A DNA stretch of 63,101 nt, the filler included, from Reticulomyxa filosa (taxonomy: Eukaryota; Protista; Foraminifera), in the NCBI GenBank assembly GCA_000512085.1. It is 19 parts of 19 records of this genome, joined end to end, with 100 filler letters (N's around TTAATTAATTAA, not from the genome) between each part and the next. Parts side by side here need not be neighbours in the genome. Positions count along the whole stretch, not along the records: positions 37,083 to 43,728 come from ASPP01047993.1; positions 43,829 to 47,007 come from ASPP01002602.1; positions 47,108 to 51,656 come from ASPP01027703.1; positions 51,757 to 55,735 come from ASPP01006476.1; 15 more parts are not named here. The stretch is one strand, 5' to 3'. The position numbers were made by a program, and so were the translations under genes. How positions within the stretch are numbered: position 1 is the stretch's first letter; each line of letters opens with the position of its first letter. Shown here piece by piece: positions 39,560 through 52,239 of the stretch. Under the pieces are notes generated by a model, which had not been told where the DNA came from, made no database searches, and was given only the letters and a program-made list of their open reading frames with translations.

Positions 39560-40730
39560 AGTCGTCCATCAATGAGTCGTCGTTCATGTAGATGTCCGAT
39601 ATGCACATTAATGAACGACCATGCTGTATCACGTTGTGCCCGATCGATAATGTTGCCATCATCAAAATGGACGAAAAGTGTCGTTGAGATCCTTATTCGA
39701 AGACGACAACCGCAACAACGGAGAGTTGCGAGTGGCGAGCAGGCACATGATAAACTACAACATGATGACGCAGCTGTCACAGAACAAAGGCAGTGGCAAC
39801 GATGGTGGTAATGGCAACGGCAACAATGGGGTCGGCAGCGAGAGAATGAAAAAAAAAAAAGACAGACAAAGACACATTCGAACGAGCAGTGATTAACATC
39901 AGCTGTTACAATGAAAACTTCAGACAGATTTTCAACACTCTGCGAATTGTTGCAAAGAAGCTGTTGAAAGATGACGGGAGGTATCTTACATTAGATACCA
40001 CCAATCCCAAAGTGGAAGAACGACTTATCAGATATGAAGAGTGTCATCGACTTCCTTGATGTTCTTGGGATTTGATTCCGGCGTCATGGGGGCCAGAGAC
40101 TAGCCTGCAAAGAAAGGCTCAGTCAATAGGTCATTCGAGTACTGGACAGCGCCATGCTGGCCTCTTGCATCCAGCTGTCGATTCGAAACCTAGTTGGTGT
40201 TGTTGAAAGCCCCATCAGCAATAGCATCAATGCAAACAATGCTGATGACAGCGAAATTGATGACATCACTATTCAACAAATCCTCTTACTTTGTACACAC
40301 GAACAACAAAGAGATAATGAAACCATGGAAACTTTAATTATTTGTTACAAAGAATTCTCAACTCTTGAGTTTTTTTTTTATAATTTATATAATTTATGAT
40401 GTATAAATTTGTTTTTTTTTTGTTGTTGTTGTTATGTATACGTATTTTTTTTTTTTTTTGAAACTAGAAACGATTTAGAAAATTAATCAAAGAATTAAAA
40501 CGCCTCTTTTGCATAGTGGTCACTAATGAAGTCAAAGATGATGATGATGAAAAAAAAAAATAGAAAACTTTAAAGAGAAGACGATGAAACCAATCCAATT
40601 GAATGTGATGAAAAATTTACGCACTTGAATGAAGTTGTATTGTGAAGACTTTGCCAATGATGAAAAAGTAGCTCAAGTGTTGGAAGTCTGGGTCAAGCAA
40701 ATGCAAATGGACTCAAAGCAATATTCTTGG
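39560..40730 (+). pseudogene. Decayed NZF/RanBP2 zinc finger + PUB domain + RasGEF N-terminal (REM) fragment
   Basis: Zinc finger CPICTLMNDHAVSRCAR. PUB-like FNTLRIVAKKLLKDDGRYLTLDTTNPKVEERLIRYE/VIDFLDVLG. REM-like TIQQILLLCTHEQQRDNETMETLIICYKEFST and IQLNVMKNLRT*MKLYCEDF. Confidence 0.6.
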
Positions 40731-40847
40731 AATGGGATTGCTTGCTGATACCGTGCAAAACGAATATAAACGTTACAAAAAGCACAGAAGCAAGCCGCGT
40801 GTCCAAGAGAAGGATTATTGCATATTGTATTTGTAACAAACATTCAG

Positions 40848-41215
40848 TTATTCATGAAAAGTTAAATTTAGTACACACCGATTTGAAATTGGAAAATATA
40901 CTTTTCATGGATGATTCGCGACATGGACGCAAGTATCGCGTTCCAAATCAGACTACCATTCGCTTGATCGATTTTGATGGCGCCACCTACGAAAAGATCG
41001 ACGAAGATTATTGCGCTTTGAGACGATCAACACAAGACAATACCGTGCACCGGAGGTGATCCTTGGTATTGGATGGGATCGCAGTAGCGATTTGTGGTTG
41101 ATTGGGTGCATCTTACTGGAGATTTGCTATTTGCCACTCACGAAAACATCGAGCATTTGGCAATGATGGAAAAGGTCTTGGAATGCAAAATACCAAAACA
41201 TTTAGTCAAAAAAAG
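40848..41215 (+). pseudogene. LAMMER/CLK dual-specificity kinase fragment (subdomains VIb-X)
   Basis: Reads [21 protein letters not shown] (DFG changed to DFD), [15 protein letters not shown] after a frameshift, and [18 protein letters not shown]. Confidence 0.9.
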
Positions 41216-41289
41216 TACTTTCTTCCTCATCCACTTTTCAATGTTTCAATCATCATCGTCATTCTTCTGTCTCTCCTTCATGTAAATCA

Positions 41290-41730
41290 AATGCATCTCC
41301 CTTGTATACAACAATTTGGAAAATGATTATTAAATAAAGGAGATATGCCAAAGCAATTGAATTTTATGAAAAATCATTGAAAACTAGATTAAATAAATTG
41401 GAGCCTAATCATCTTGAGATCAGAGCTTTATACAATAATGTAGGATGTGCTTATAATACTAAAGGAAACTATAACAAAGCGATTGAATATTTGAACTGTC
41501 ATTAAAAATTAAATTGAGTAAATTAGGATCTAATGATCTGAATGTCGTTATTTCATACAATCATTTGGGAATATAAGACAAAGCATTGAAAATTCGGTTG
41601 AACAAATTGGGACATGATAATATTTTACAGGAGAATACGACAAGACGATACAATTTGAAAAGGAAGCATTAAAATTGAGATTGAATAAATTGAGTTTTGA
41701 TCAAGATGTTGGTAATTCATATGATATTTT
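41290..41730 (+). pseudogene. TPR-repeat pseudogene fragment
   Basis: KAIEFYEKSLKTRLNKLEPNHLEIRALYNNVGCAYNTKGNYNKAIEY, followed by frameshifted repeats. Confidence 0.85.
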
Positions 41731-42150
41731 ATCAAAAATTTTTTGTTTTTGTTACAAATTTTATTTTGACTGGAGAATAATTTTTTAGTCAAAATTTTTG
41801 AGATGTAGATCTACTGTATAAGATTCTGAACTAGAATTTTTTTTGTTCAGATTTTTGCGTATCATTTTATATGCTTGTGATTGTTGAAAAAAAACTTCGC
41901 ACTAAAATGGATATTCAAATTGTTTTTTTTGAAAAAGAGATTTATTTATCATTAAGTTGTGTAAAATTTAAAATTCCTTATGCATACTTATATTGCTTTG
42001 CTGAATATTTATTTCTTTACATCTGTCCTTTTTGGCAATTAAGATGTGAAATAAAAGTCACGAACTTAGACAAAAAGTGCAAAAAAAACGTAAAGGGAAA
42101 AAAGTACAAGGCGAAAAAGGATATAGCAATTGATGGATGTCGATTGCTGT

Positions 42151-43605
42151 TTAATTGAATTCAATCAAGTTTCTTTTCCCGGAGGAATGAAATGAATAGG
42201 CAGCGCAGTTGGTATTTTGTTGCCCGCTTTGGCCATGTCGATCAAATACATACATAATGCGAATTCTTCACTGTCCTGTAAAAAAAAAGATTACAACAAA
42301 GTGCAATATACTTTCAGTAACTTTTCTGTATGCAAAAATTCAATATATATGTAATATATGTGTCAAATGTTGCGAAAATGAATAGACCATTTTTCCGTCT
42401 TGATCGATATCGGACAACTCCCAAATAGCTTTGAGAACTTCTCGTGACAGCCCGGATTGTAACATGACACCAGTAATTTCGGAAGTTGAGGCTTTTCCGG
42501 CTTGAATGGCAAGAGAATAAAACTTGGTGTCATATTTGGCTTTGGTAGCAGCGTTAACAATCCATGTTTTGGTGGGATCCAATGATGCCTCAGGTTGACT
42601 TTGTGATGCAAATGGGTTGGATGCTTGATTTTGTTTTTCCTCATCCGAACTGGACGAATTCGATGGAATCTTACGCATTAATTCAGGGACCCCTGGTTTG
42701 TGTAATGAAGCAATGGATTAATTAAACATTAAAGAGTGCAATAGAAAAGAAGAAAAAAAAGACAACAACAACAACTAACTGTCATTTAACACTTCGTCCA
42801 ATCCCTCTTTCCATTTTTTATTGAGTTTAGGAAATTTGGAAATATCAAAGGTTTGGACCAATTCTCTGAATTTGTCAGGATTTGGAAAATCATTTAGATT
42901 GAGCCCTTCTTCTTTGGCGAGAGTTCGAAACTCTTCTCTCAAATTATCCAACAGTTTTTGTTGAGTCTTTTCTTTGCCAAACATGCCAAATTGCTTACGC
43001 AAATGTTCAACTATCAAGCAATGCACTCGTAATTGCCTTGTGCGTTTCACAAACTCATTGATCTTTTTTTAATTCAACAAAACACGTTTGCACAAAAATG
43101 CAAAAAAAAAGGAGATAAGTAATCAAACGTAAAGAAATGGTATATGAGGAGGGAGGGGGGGGAGAGGGGAGAAAGAAAGAAAAAAAAAAAAAAAATAACA
43201 CAAACAAATAAATAAAAAATGAAAATGAAAATACAAATGGCAATTACTTTTCTTGTGGCGCTATGTCTTGGTAAACTTCTCAAATCACTTAATAAATCAT
43301 CAGCTTCGCTGTCGAACAATGCAGCGTTGTGATCATTACTGTAGGGTTGATCCCAAAATGACCCCACATATACTCGCAGCACTTCCGGTGTTTTGAACAC
43401 CTTTCCCAAAGACCACATGAGTGCGCCGTAGATTCGGAGCAGTGCCTGATTGTTCACCGAATCGGCTTTGTTCAACACACATCGAATTTTATCGTCGTGG
43501 CCCTTTAACATTTCAATACTCGCTTTAAATTCGTCCGAGATATCCAATTTATGTGCTCAAACAAAAGGATGATGCGATCCGATCGATAAGCAAACCACTC
43601 AATTA
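42151..43605 (-). CDS. EHD: EH domain-containing dynamin-like ATPase (EHD/RME-1), 5'-partial, at least 4 exons
   Basis: Reads HKLDISDEF, KIRCVLNKAD and LLRIYGALMWSLGKVFKTPEVLRVYVGSFW, with EH domain LKAIWELSDIDQDGKM/DSEEFALCMYLI. One base is missing at about 43557 (FDAHK). Confidence 0.93.
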
Positions 43606-43867
43606 CCTTTTTTTTTTATGTTTCAAACATTTCAAATTAAATTGTAAGGCCCTTCCAAAGACCTTCTTCTCTTATAAAATAAAATAAAATAAAATTATAT
43701 ATATATATATACAAAAAAAAAAAAAAAANNNNNNNNNNNNNNNNNNNNNNNNNNNNNNNNNNNNNNNNNNNNTTAATTAATTAANNNNNNNNNNNNNNNN
43801 NNNNNNNNNNNNNNNNNNNNNNNNNNNNAAACTTTTTCAAGATTTGGCTAATATACTGTGCATAACC

Positions 43868-44256
43868 ATGATCGTAATTATTTGTGGACATGGACAAAAA
43901 GAAGATATGTGGTAACAAGTGATGGGTATTGTATATCAATTGACACAATACATGCAAAATTATATGATATTGTACAATTTAGATATTTACCTAAAATATC
44001 TATAATTGATATTTGTCGTTGATCAAATTATCCACACATTAATGGATTTATATATCAAGGGCGTCGACACAATGAGAACAAATTTTTGACAGTTTGGTCA
44101 ACTATAAAAGGAAACGTAGTATTTGATCAAGCATTATTGAGTAAATGGATCAAAAATATCGTTATTGAAGGATACAAGAACAGTTATCCATTCAAGCGAA
44201 TGTTGGAAGATGTAAGAACAAAAATTAGCAGTGAATCGTATGGTCGTTATCAATAA
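43868..44256 (+). pseudogene. Caspase-like (clan CD, peptidase C14) protease pseudogene fragment
   Basis: IVIICGHG (catalytic His), a frameshift, VTSDG, then LPKISIIDICR* where TGA at 44020 replaces the Gly of DxCRG, then FLTVWSTIKGNVV. Confidence 0.75.
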
Positions 44257-45959
44257 TAACATCTAAAAAAAAATTCTGTCAATTCCAAATAATTTTGCAT
44301 TGTGCAAAACCAAAAAAATTTTTTAAAAATAAAAATTGATAAAAAAATGAAAAAATAATAATTTACTATGATGCACTTCAGTGCCACATAATAAATTATT
44401 ATTTTTTCATTTTTTATCAATTTTTATTTTTAAAAGCGCCGAATTAACAACCTTTTATTTACAACACACCACTTCGGTCCCTTGCCAAGTTACCAAAGTG
44501 GGTGTTGTAAATTTTTTTTTTCCATTTGATCTCCATGAAATTGCCACGCATTGCCTCCACGATCATTACAATCGCGTCATTGTTGCCACCATCGCCATTG
44601 CCATTATTACTTTAGGTCCCTAAAAAAAAAATTTTTTTTAAATTTTTTTTTAGAATCCTTTTTTTAATTTTTTTGGAATTTTTTATATATGTATCTTGAT
44701 TAAAAAACTGAGTTTGAACAGAAATCTTTATTTCTATAAAAAAGGGCAATTTAATGAATTTTGTGTCATCTTTTTTGGCCTTTAAGTTGCAAAAGCTTTG
44801 AGCTTTGGCTGTTTTGGTAAATCGTTGCTATTGTAAATAAATTTTTGATTATTTGGCCGAATGTGGTTAATTGAAAGATATAGAAAATTTGGGAAAATAC
44901 TTTACGTTTAACTATCTAGGCAAAAAGGGCAAGCAATCTATAAAAATGAATAATGCAAATGAATAATTTTGTTGTTAGCATTATAATTTTTCCTTTTGTT
45001 TTCCGTATGCAATATTTCAACTAATTCACCAATATGCATCTTTTTAAAAAAAGTAAATGAAAATATAAATTATCTTTGTTTTCTGTTATCTAAGGTCTCA
45101 ATAGAAAAAGAAAAAATCTAACAATATAACTGACCTCAAGCATTTCATGTTGACTTTTTTAGCGTCATTATATATCATTTCTAAAAAAAAGCGTTAAAAT
45201 TTTTGTAAAAAAAGATATTTTAAGACAGCAGAATTCTTATTTTAAGATAATAACATTATTGCAATTTTTTTTCCAAATAGGGAAGAGACAAATTTTCGAT
45301 GAAGTTTCCTCTTTTTTTTTAATACATTACTTATCATTAATCAACTTTGGATAAGTCATAATTTGTTATTTATCACTTCGGTATGATGAATATCCTTTAG
45401 AGCGCTGTCAATTTTACTCAAATAATATTTATGACGCATGTGTTAACACTTATAAGTCTGTTGACAGCTTCACACTTTATTATGTTAAACAAATCTTAAT
45501 TCAACTCAAACTTTCTTTTTTATTGTTTCCATTGGTCTTATTCGATAATTTTCTGTTTCGTCAATCATTTTAAATTTCCTTTACAAGATATTGGTTATAC
45601 AGTTTTAAGATATTAATTCAACATTTAATTTATTTATTTATTTATTTTTTACTTGTATTTATATAGTATTGTTGTAATGTTTATTCAGTTTTTAAATTTA
45701 TTGTCAATTAATTTGCTAACTATTTCAACAATTTGTCGAAAAATATGAAAATTCAAATTTACATGGACCCTTTGATAATGGAGATGATTCTAATGTCGTT
45801 GTCACATTGTGTGTTGTCACACTTGAGTTACTAGTTGATGATGAACTATCATTTGATATTGTATGGATGCTTGTAATGTCAGTATTATCGTCGATCATTA
45901 CTGTAGTTTGTAAAGTTTGGTGTTTTTTTTGTTGAAGTTAAAAAAATAAGTTATAAGCT

Positions 45960-46810
<851 letters not shown>

Positions 46811-47107
46811 CAATCCCATAAAATCTTATCATAATAGCTGTTATTGTTGTTGCTTTGCATAATGAGCGATATAGCAGCGTCCCCTTTGTGTTACTCACAA
46901 CAATATGCGGCGTTGTTATTGGTGTCAATAAGAGCTTTTCCAATGAGATAAGAATGTGTTTACGCGATTAACTTTTCACATCGGCTTCGCCTTTCGTCCG
47001 GAGACTGNNNNNNNNNNNNNNNNNNNNNNNNNNNNNNNNNNNNNNNNNNNNTTAATTAATTAANNNNNNNNNNNNNNNNNNNNNNNNNNNNNNNNNNNNN
47101 NNNNNNN

Positions 47108-47403
47108 CAAGATGGCTCCAGTCAAGATGGTTCCTGCCGAGATTGCCAGTCAAGATTGTTCCGGCTAAGATGGTTTCAGTCAAGATGGTATCTGCCACGA
47201 TTGTTCCGACCAAGATGGTTCCCGTCAAGATTGTTCCGGCAAAGATGGTCTATGTCAAGATGGATCCTGACAAGATTACTTATGTCAAGATGGTTGCTGT
47301 CAAGATTGCTTCTGACAAGATTGCTCCTGAAAAATGGTTCCTGTCAAGATGGCTCCTGACAAGATGGCCCATGATAAGATTGTTCCTGCCAAGATTGTTC
47401 CGG
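47108..47403. repeat. 15-bp minisatellite, about 20 units, consensus CAAGATGGTTCCTGT, truncated by the contig start
   Basis: Tandem units with a strongly conserved AAGAT core and two short units (13 and 14 nt). Confidence 0.95.
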
Positions 47404-48149
47404 TGGGTCCTAAAAGCCGCAACCACCAACCCTCTACGTGGGAGGACCTAGAAACACACTTACATATTTTGTAGTGTGGCTAAGGTGAAATTCACCATGT
47501 GGGCGTCGATAACAAGTATTTGATCAACAGACTTCACAATGTTTTCATTTCAATGAAAAAATAGCCTTTTTAATTGAAATACCTTTCAAATTGAATGAAA
47601 GTGATAATGATACAAAAAGATATTGAATACAGTATTCTCTTTGTCAAAGATTCCCATTATAAAAGCGTCACTTTTTTTTTCTTTTGGAAAAATTCCAAAA
47701 CTTTGGATTTGAATTTGCCAGTATTTAGACCGATGTTATCTCTTGGAGTTCTGTAAAACATATCCAAAATAAACCGTTTTGATGTTTTCATTTCTTGTGT
47801 TTCTTTGCGAGCTTTTTCAGCTTTTGCTTCAATCTCTATTAGCAATGGTTTTTTTTTTAAAGGGGTTCAACTTTTTTTTTTACAAAGTTTGAGTCTGTCT
47901 AAATAAACTTCAAACATTTTATGCGTTTTTTTATTTTCTATAGCTTTGCGAAATTTTATTTTTTTAACATGCAAGAGCTTTAAGTTCACTTAAATTAAAT
48001 GCTTACACAAAAAAAAAGGAACAGCTATTGAATATTAAAAAAACTCTTGACGTTATTTTTTTGATTGTTACTTTTGTTTTAAAAATTTAAATAACACCCA
48101 ATTTCCTTGACGCAATTCAATACAATAGTATTTTTACTAGCTCTTAGTC

Positions 48150-51100
48150 GCTCCTTTTACCGAACCTTTTCCTTTGCCAGTGTATTGACACTGGTTTTAC
48201 CTTTCTATCCAATGTTTCACACTATTGCACTGCCTGCCAGTGCCTTTTGGAGGAATGTTTAGTCTGGAAGGACTAATAAAATTCTTTGAATTGTTGCTGT
48301 TTGATTATTTCTCTGTTGTTCGTCAATTACCATCATTCTTTCTTTCATGAGTGTCTTGCATCTGTATAACACATGCTTGACTGGACTATTCTATTTTTTC
48401 TTACACCAATTGCATCTTTTCCACTTCCAAGGTTTTTGGTCCCCCAACCTGCCGATCCTCCAACTGAACTTTGGGTTTCCCATCACTATTCTAAAAAACT
48501 TTTTTAAACTTTCCTGTTTTGAATTTTTTAGGTTCACATTTATTGCATGAACTAATGATTTGTATGGTCTCCGGTTCTTGTTCCATATTCCTACTAAGTC
48601 CATTACTAGTGAGTGTTTTCATCCCTTTGGAGTGTTTGTGGTCTTTCTCGTAACTATCGCGGCATATATTCGTTCTTACAATTATTTTCCGTTGTTCCTT
48701 TGACAAATAGGTGGGTGGATTTTGCCAATGCTGTAGCATGCCATGTTCATGTAATATCTTCAATGCCTCAACATTGAAGCTTGAATGGACCTTTTTATTC
48801 GCACTAATAATACTAATGTGTGCATCCATAGTTCTTTAATGGAGATATGTTCAGCCCGGGTTAATCTACCCGCCAGGCTTTGCTTATTCATCATTTCAAG
48901 CCAACACGAGAGCAGCAATATTTTGTTTTTTGCTTGGATTGGGGGAATCACTGTCAAGACTCTGACCGTTGCTTTGTACGAAGTAACATATGTCCCCAAT
49001 ATCTTTGAAATGATCTGGTGTTGTGTACTATCCATCTTTGCTACCATCGTTTTCCGTAGTAGTAACGTCATCAACCCATATTCCAACACAGGTCTGATTG
49101 CTGCTTTATAGAATTTCATTTGTGTGTTTGTATCCAAGTTTCCTTCAATTATGCCTAACGTTACGCTTTGATTTGTGATAGTTTTTACTTTATCCAACCT
49201 TTTGTTTACGTGTTCCCTCCACGAGGGGGTGCCTGCATTGAATTTTACTCTCAGTTACGAAAAAACGATTGTTACTTTTTCAATATTCATTGTGTTGCTA
49301 CTTCTTCTTATTTGATTGGATGTTCTTCGATGCAGCTATATAGCTTTTGCTTGTGTTTATACTGATTTTCCATTTGTTGCAATAGCTTTGCACCAAGTTT
49401 AGAATCATGTTGTTGTCCTCCATCTTGACTGTCATTATTATTATGTCATCCGCATACAATAGACAAGTAGGCATCTTTTCTTGATAAATAGTACTTTCTG
49501 TTCTTTCATTGTTTATATCATTGATCGGATCATTTATATACATGTTGAACAACGGCCCACTCAGAGAGTATCCCTGTACAGTGCATACCTTTATTTGAAA
49601 TGGTTTGAAGACCCAATCCCCCTGTGTTACCATTAGGTTGCTTTGTGTTATCATCGAATGGATCATCTGGAATAACTTTCCCTTTATTCCGACGTTATAT
49701 AATTTGTGCATTAACCCGTCATGCCAGACGCTGTCAAACGCTTTATTGATATCTAGTAAGGTAAATATCATATCATTATTCTTGATAATTTTCATGTAAT
49801 ATGAAACTATTCTAATAATCACAATGTTGTCATCCACTCCTTTGTTTCGCATGAATCCCCCTTGTTCCTCACAGATGTTTTGCTCCAGTTCAATATTATT
49901 TTGTCCAATATCGAAAGCAGCGATGATTTTATTCTGATCCTTCTGATGTCATTACAATTCGTGATAACATCCTCTTTGGTAAGCTAGTCATTTTGGACAT
50001 TATCCATTTATCAGGTAGTTTTTACCCATCACATAATATGTTTAATATATTTGCAGCATCGTTTGGTATTGTTTTTGCCCATAGACAAACCAACTCATTC
50101 GGAAGTCCATCCAGAAAGGTCGCTTTGTTGTTTGGCATATGCATGCCAATGTCCAGGACCTCCATTGTACTGATTTATCTGTCCAGCATTATATCCTGGT
50201 CTACATTTGCTTCATTGAGGTATTTCTCCACTTTGTTCTTTACATTTATCTCTCAATTGATATTGACATTGTTGTGATGTTTGAATAGTTTTGTATAATG
50301 CTCACCCAGCATTATTCATCTTTCAATATCCGAGTGTATCGCTTTTCCGGTTTTATCATGCAATGTTATTTGGTTATGCGATTTGATGTTACGTATCATA
50401 TTATAAAAATCTTTCACCTTTCCCTCATTTATGGTTTTTTGCATTTTGTCAATTGTCTTTTCAATTTCTTTGGTGTCTTGATCTTCTTTGTGTCTTTTGT
50501 AGGTATCTATCAAACGTGTCGTCAGCTCTTTTATATATTGCACTCCGATTTTCGCTTGGTTATCGCGCACTGACTTTTGCTCCTTTCCATCTTCTTGGCT
50601 CGCGTATTGTTGGTCTTTGCTCTTTTGTAATTCATTTTCAATATCAATGTCAGAACTTAGAATTTCTGTATCAGATTGCTTTTCTTCTGCCAATTCTCCA
50701 CTGAGGTCTTTCACCATAATATCCAATTTATTCTGTTTTTTCTTTGGTAGTGTGTGTATTTTTCCCTTAATATTTTGATATGCACTTTATGGAGAACTGT
50801 CACTTTCTGGTCTCTTCCTTTTATTTATCTTCTTTGTTCATTTCCACTTTCTTCATCAAATTCATCACCATTATTCCCAACTTCCACTATATTTATTCCG
50901 AAAGCGTGTGTTCTTACCTCAAGATCTACTTTGATGCCCAGGCTTTCAGCTTCATCCCATTTTCCGTACATAATTGCATTGATAATTTTTTTCCAATCAT
51001 ATGACTCAAAGTCTCTCTTTATATTTTCAAGTGTACTTCCCGCAAGTATTTTTAGTTAAATCATCACTTTGTCGTCTTCCATCCAGTACAGCGTCTTTTT

Positions 51101-51300
51101 GTCTTGCTAGAAAAATTCCACATATGCTTTCCAAAACATATCTAATAATACTGCTGTTAAACAGTAAAAGCAAACAAAAAAATTCGTGTTATTCGTAAGT
51201 ATAAATTCTTGGTAAGGATATCGCTTGTTCATCGCTCCATCTAAATGTGCAAGTTCTTTGTCACTAGTCATCTTGTCTTACCACCAAATACTTAATGTTT
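48150..51300 (-). mobile_element. Decayed non-LTR (LINE) retrotransposon: reverse transcriptase and C-terminal CCHC
   Basis: Reads EEQGGFMRNKGVDDN, LLDINKAFDSVWHDGL, VQGYSLSGPLFNMYIND, LLYADDI, FYKAAIRPVLEYG and RCNWCKKK*NSPVKHVLYRC, with many frameshifts. The 5' limit is uncertain. Confidence 0.88.
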
Positions 51301-52239
51301 GATTATCTTGATCTTGATCTATATATGTATACACTGTATATAAATTCATTAAGGATTTTTCTTAAGGGCCCCTTTTATATTGATTTTGCTAGTATTTCTT
51401 CGTTGATCAAAATTAATTGATAAAGTACTTTGTATACTTTCATAATATGACAGCAAAATTTGTATACTAATATATGTAGAGTTTTTTTATGCTTAAACTA
51501 GGTATTATTCAAACATAAATTTTTCCAACAACTCATACAATTTTGCTTTCTTAAAAAGATGGAAAAAATGAAAAGTTTGAACTAAAAACAATTTCGATCA
51601 ACCAAAGAAAATCTTCAACGTCTGAAGGAGCTAATTATTTTTATATTTTGAAGTAANNNNNNNNNNNNNNNNNNNNNNNNNNNNNNNNNNNNNNNNNNNN
51701 TTAATTAATTAANNNNNNNNNNNNNNNNNNNNNNNNNNNNNNNNNNNNNNNNNNNNTCTCTCTCTCTCTCTGTCTATCTCTCCTTTCCGTCGTTGTCTTG
51801 TTTCTGTTGGACTGGTTGTTTATTACGCAATATCGCACCTAAAAATGAAAGCATGATTTTTTTTTAGAATAATACAAATACATCAAATAAATAATAAGGC
51901 GTGGACAACATTGGCACCCGAATGTCCATCGCGGCTTCATCATCGAAAAGTGCCTCAGCGGAACTGGAATACGCGAGTTGTTTAGTCAAAATGTTCAAAT
52001 GTTTTTGCTGTTGTTGTTGTTGTTGAAACGAGTCAGATGAGAGGAGGAAAAGGGAAATAGATATATACATACATGTGTATATAAAAAAAAACAACGATCA
52101 ACAAACAATTATTCTGAAACGTGTGTGAAAAAGGGTACAAATGACTATGTTTTGCTTTGAAAATTAAAATGTCCTTTCCCAAAAAATAACGCTGATCTTG
52201 TGAAGGTGAAGACTATATGGCTTGTTTGCTCCAAAAAAC

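Noticed and set aside
30134-43605. Trafficking gene cluster (NPF-tail protein, PATROL1-like, EHD)
   Set aside because: These genes are on different contigs separated by artificial spacers, so there is no evidence of linkage.
47108-47403. CRISPR-like array
   Set aside because: Units are head-to-tail 15-mers with no unique spacers, there are no cas genes, and the context is eukaryotic.
47420-47452. Helitron 3' end (imperfect palindrome followed by CTAG)
   Set aside because: The hairpin is imperfect and only about 2 nt from CTAG, and the next base is A rather than T.
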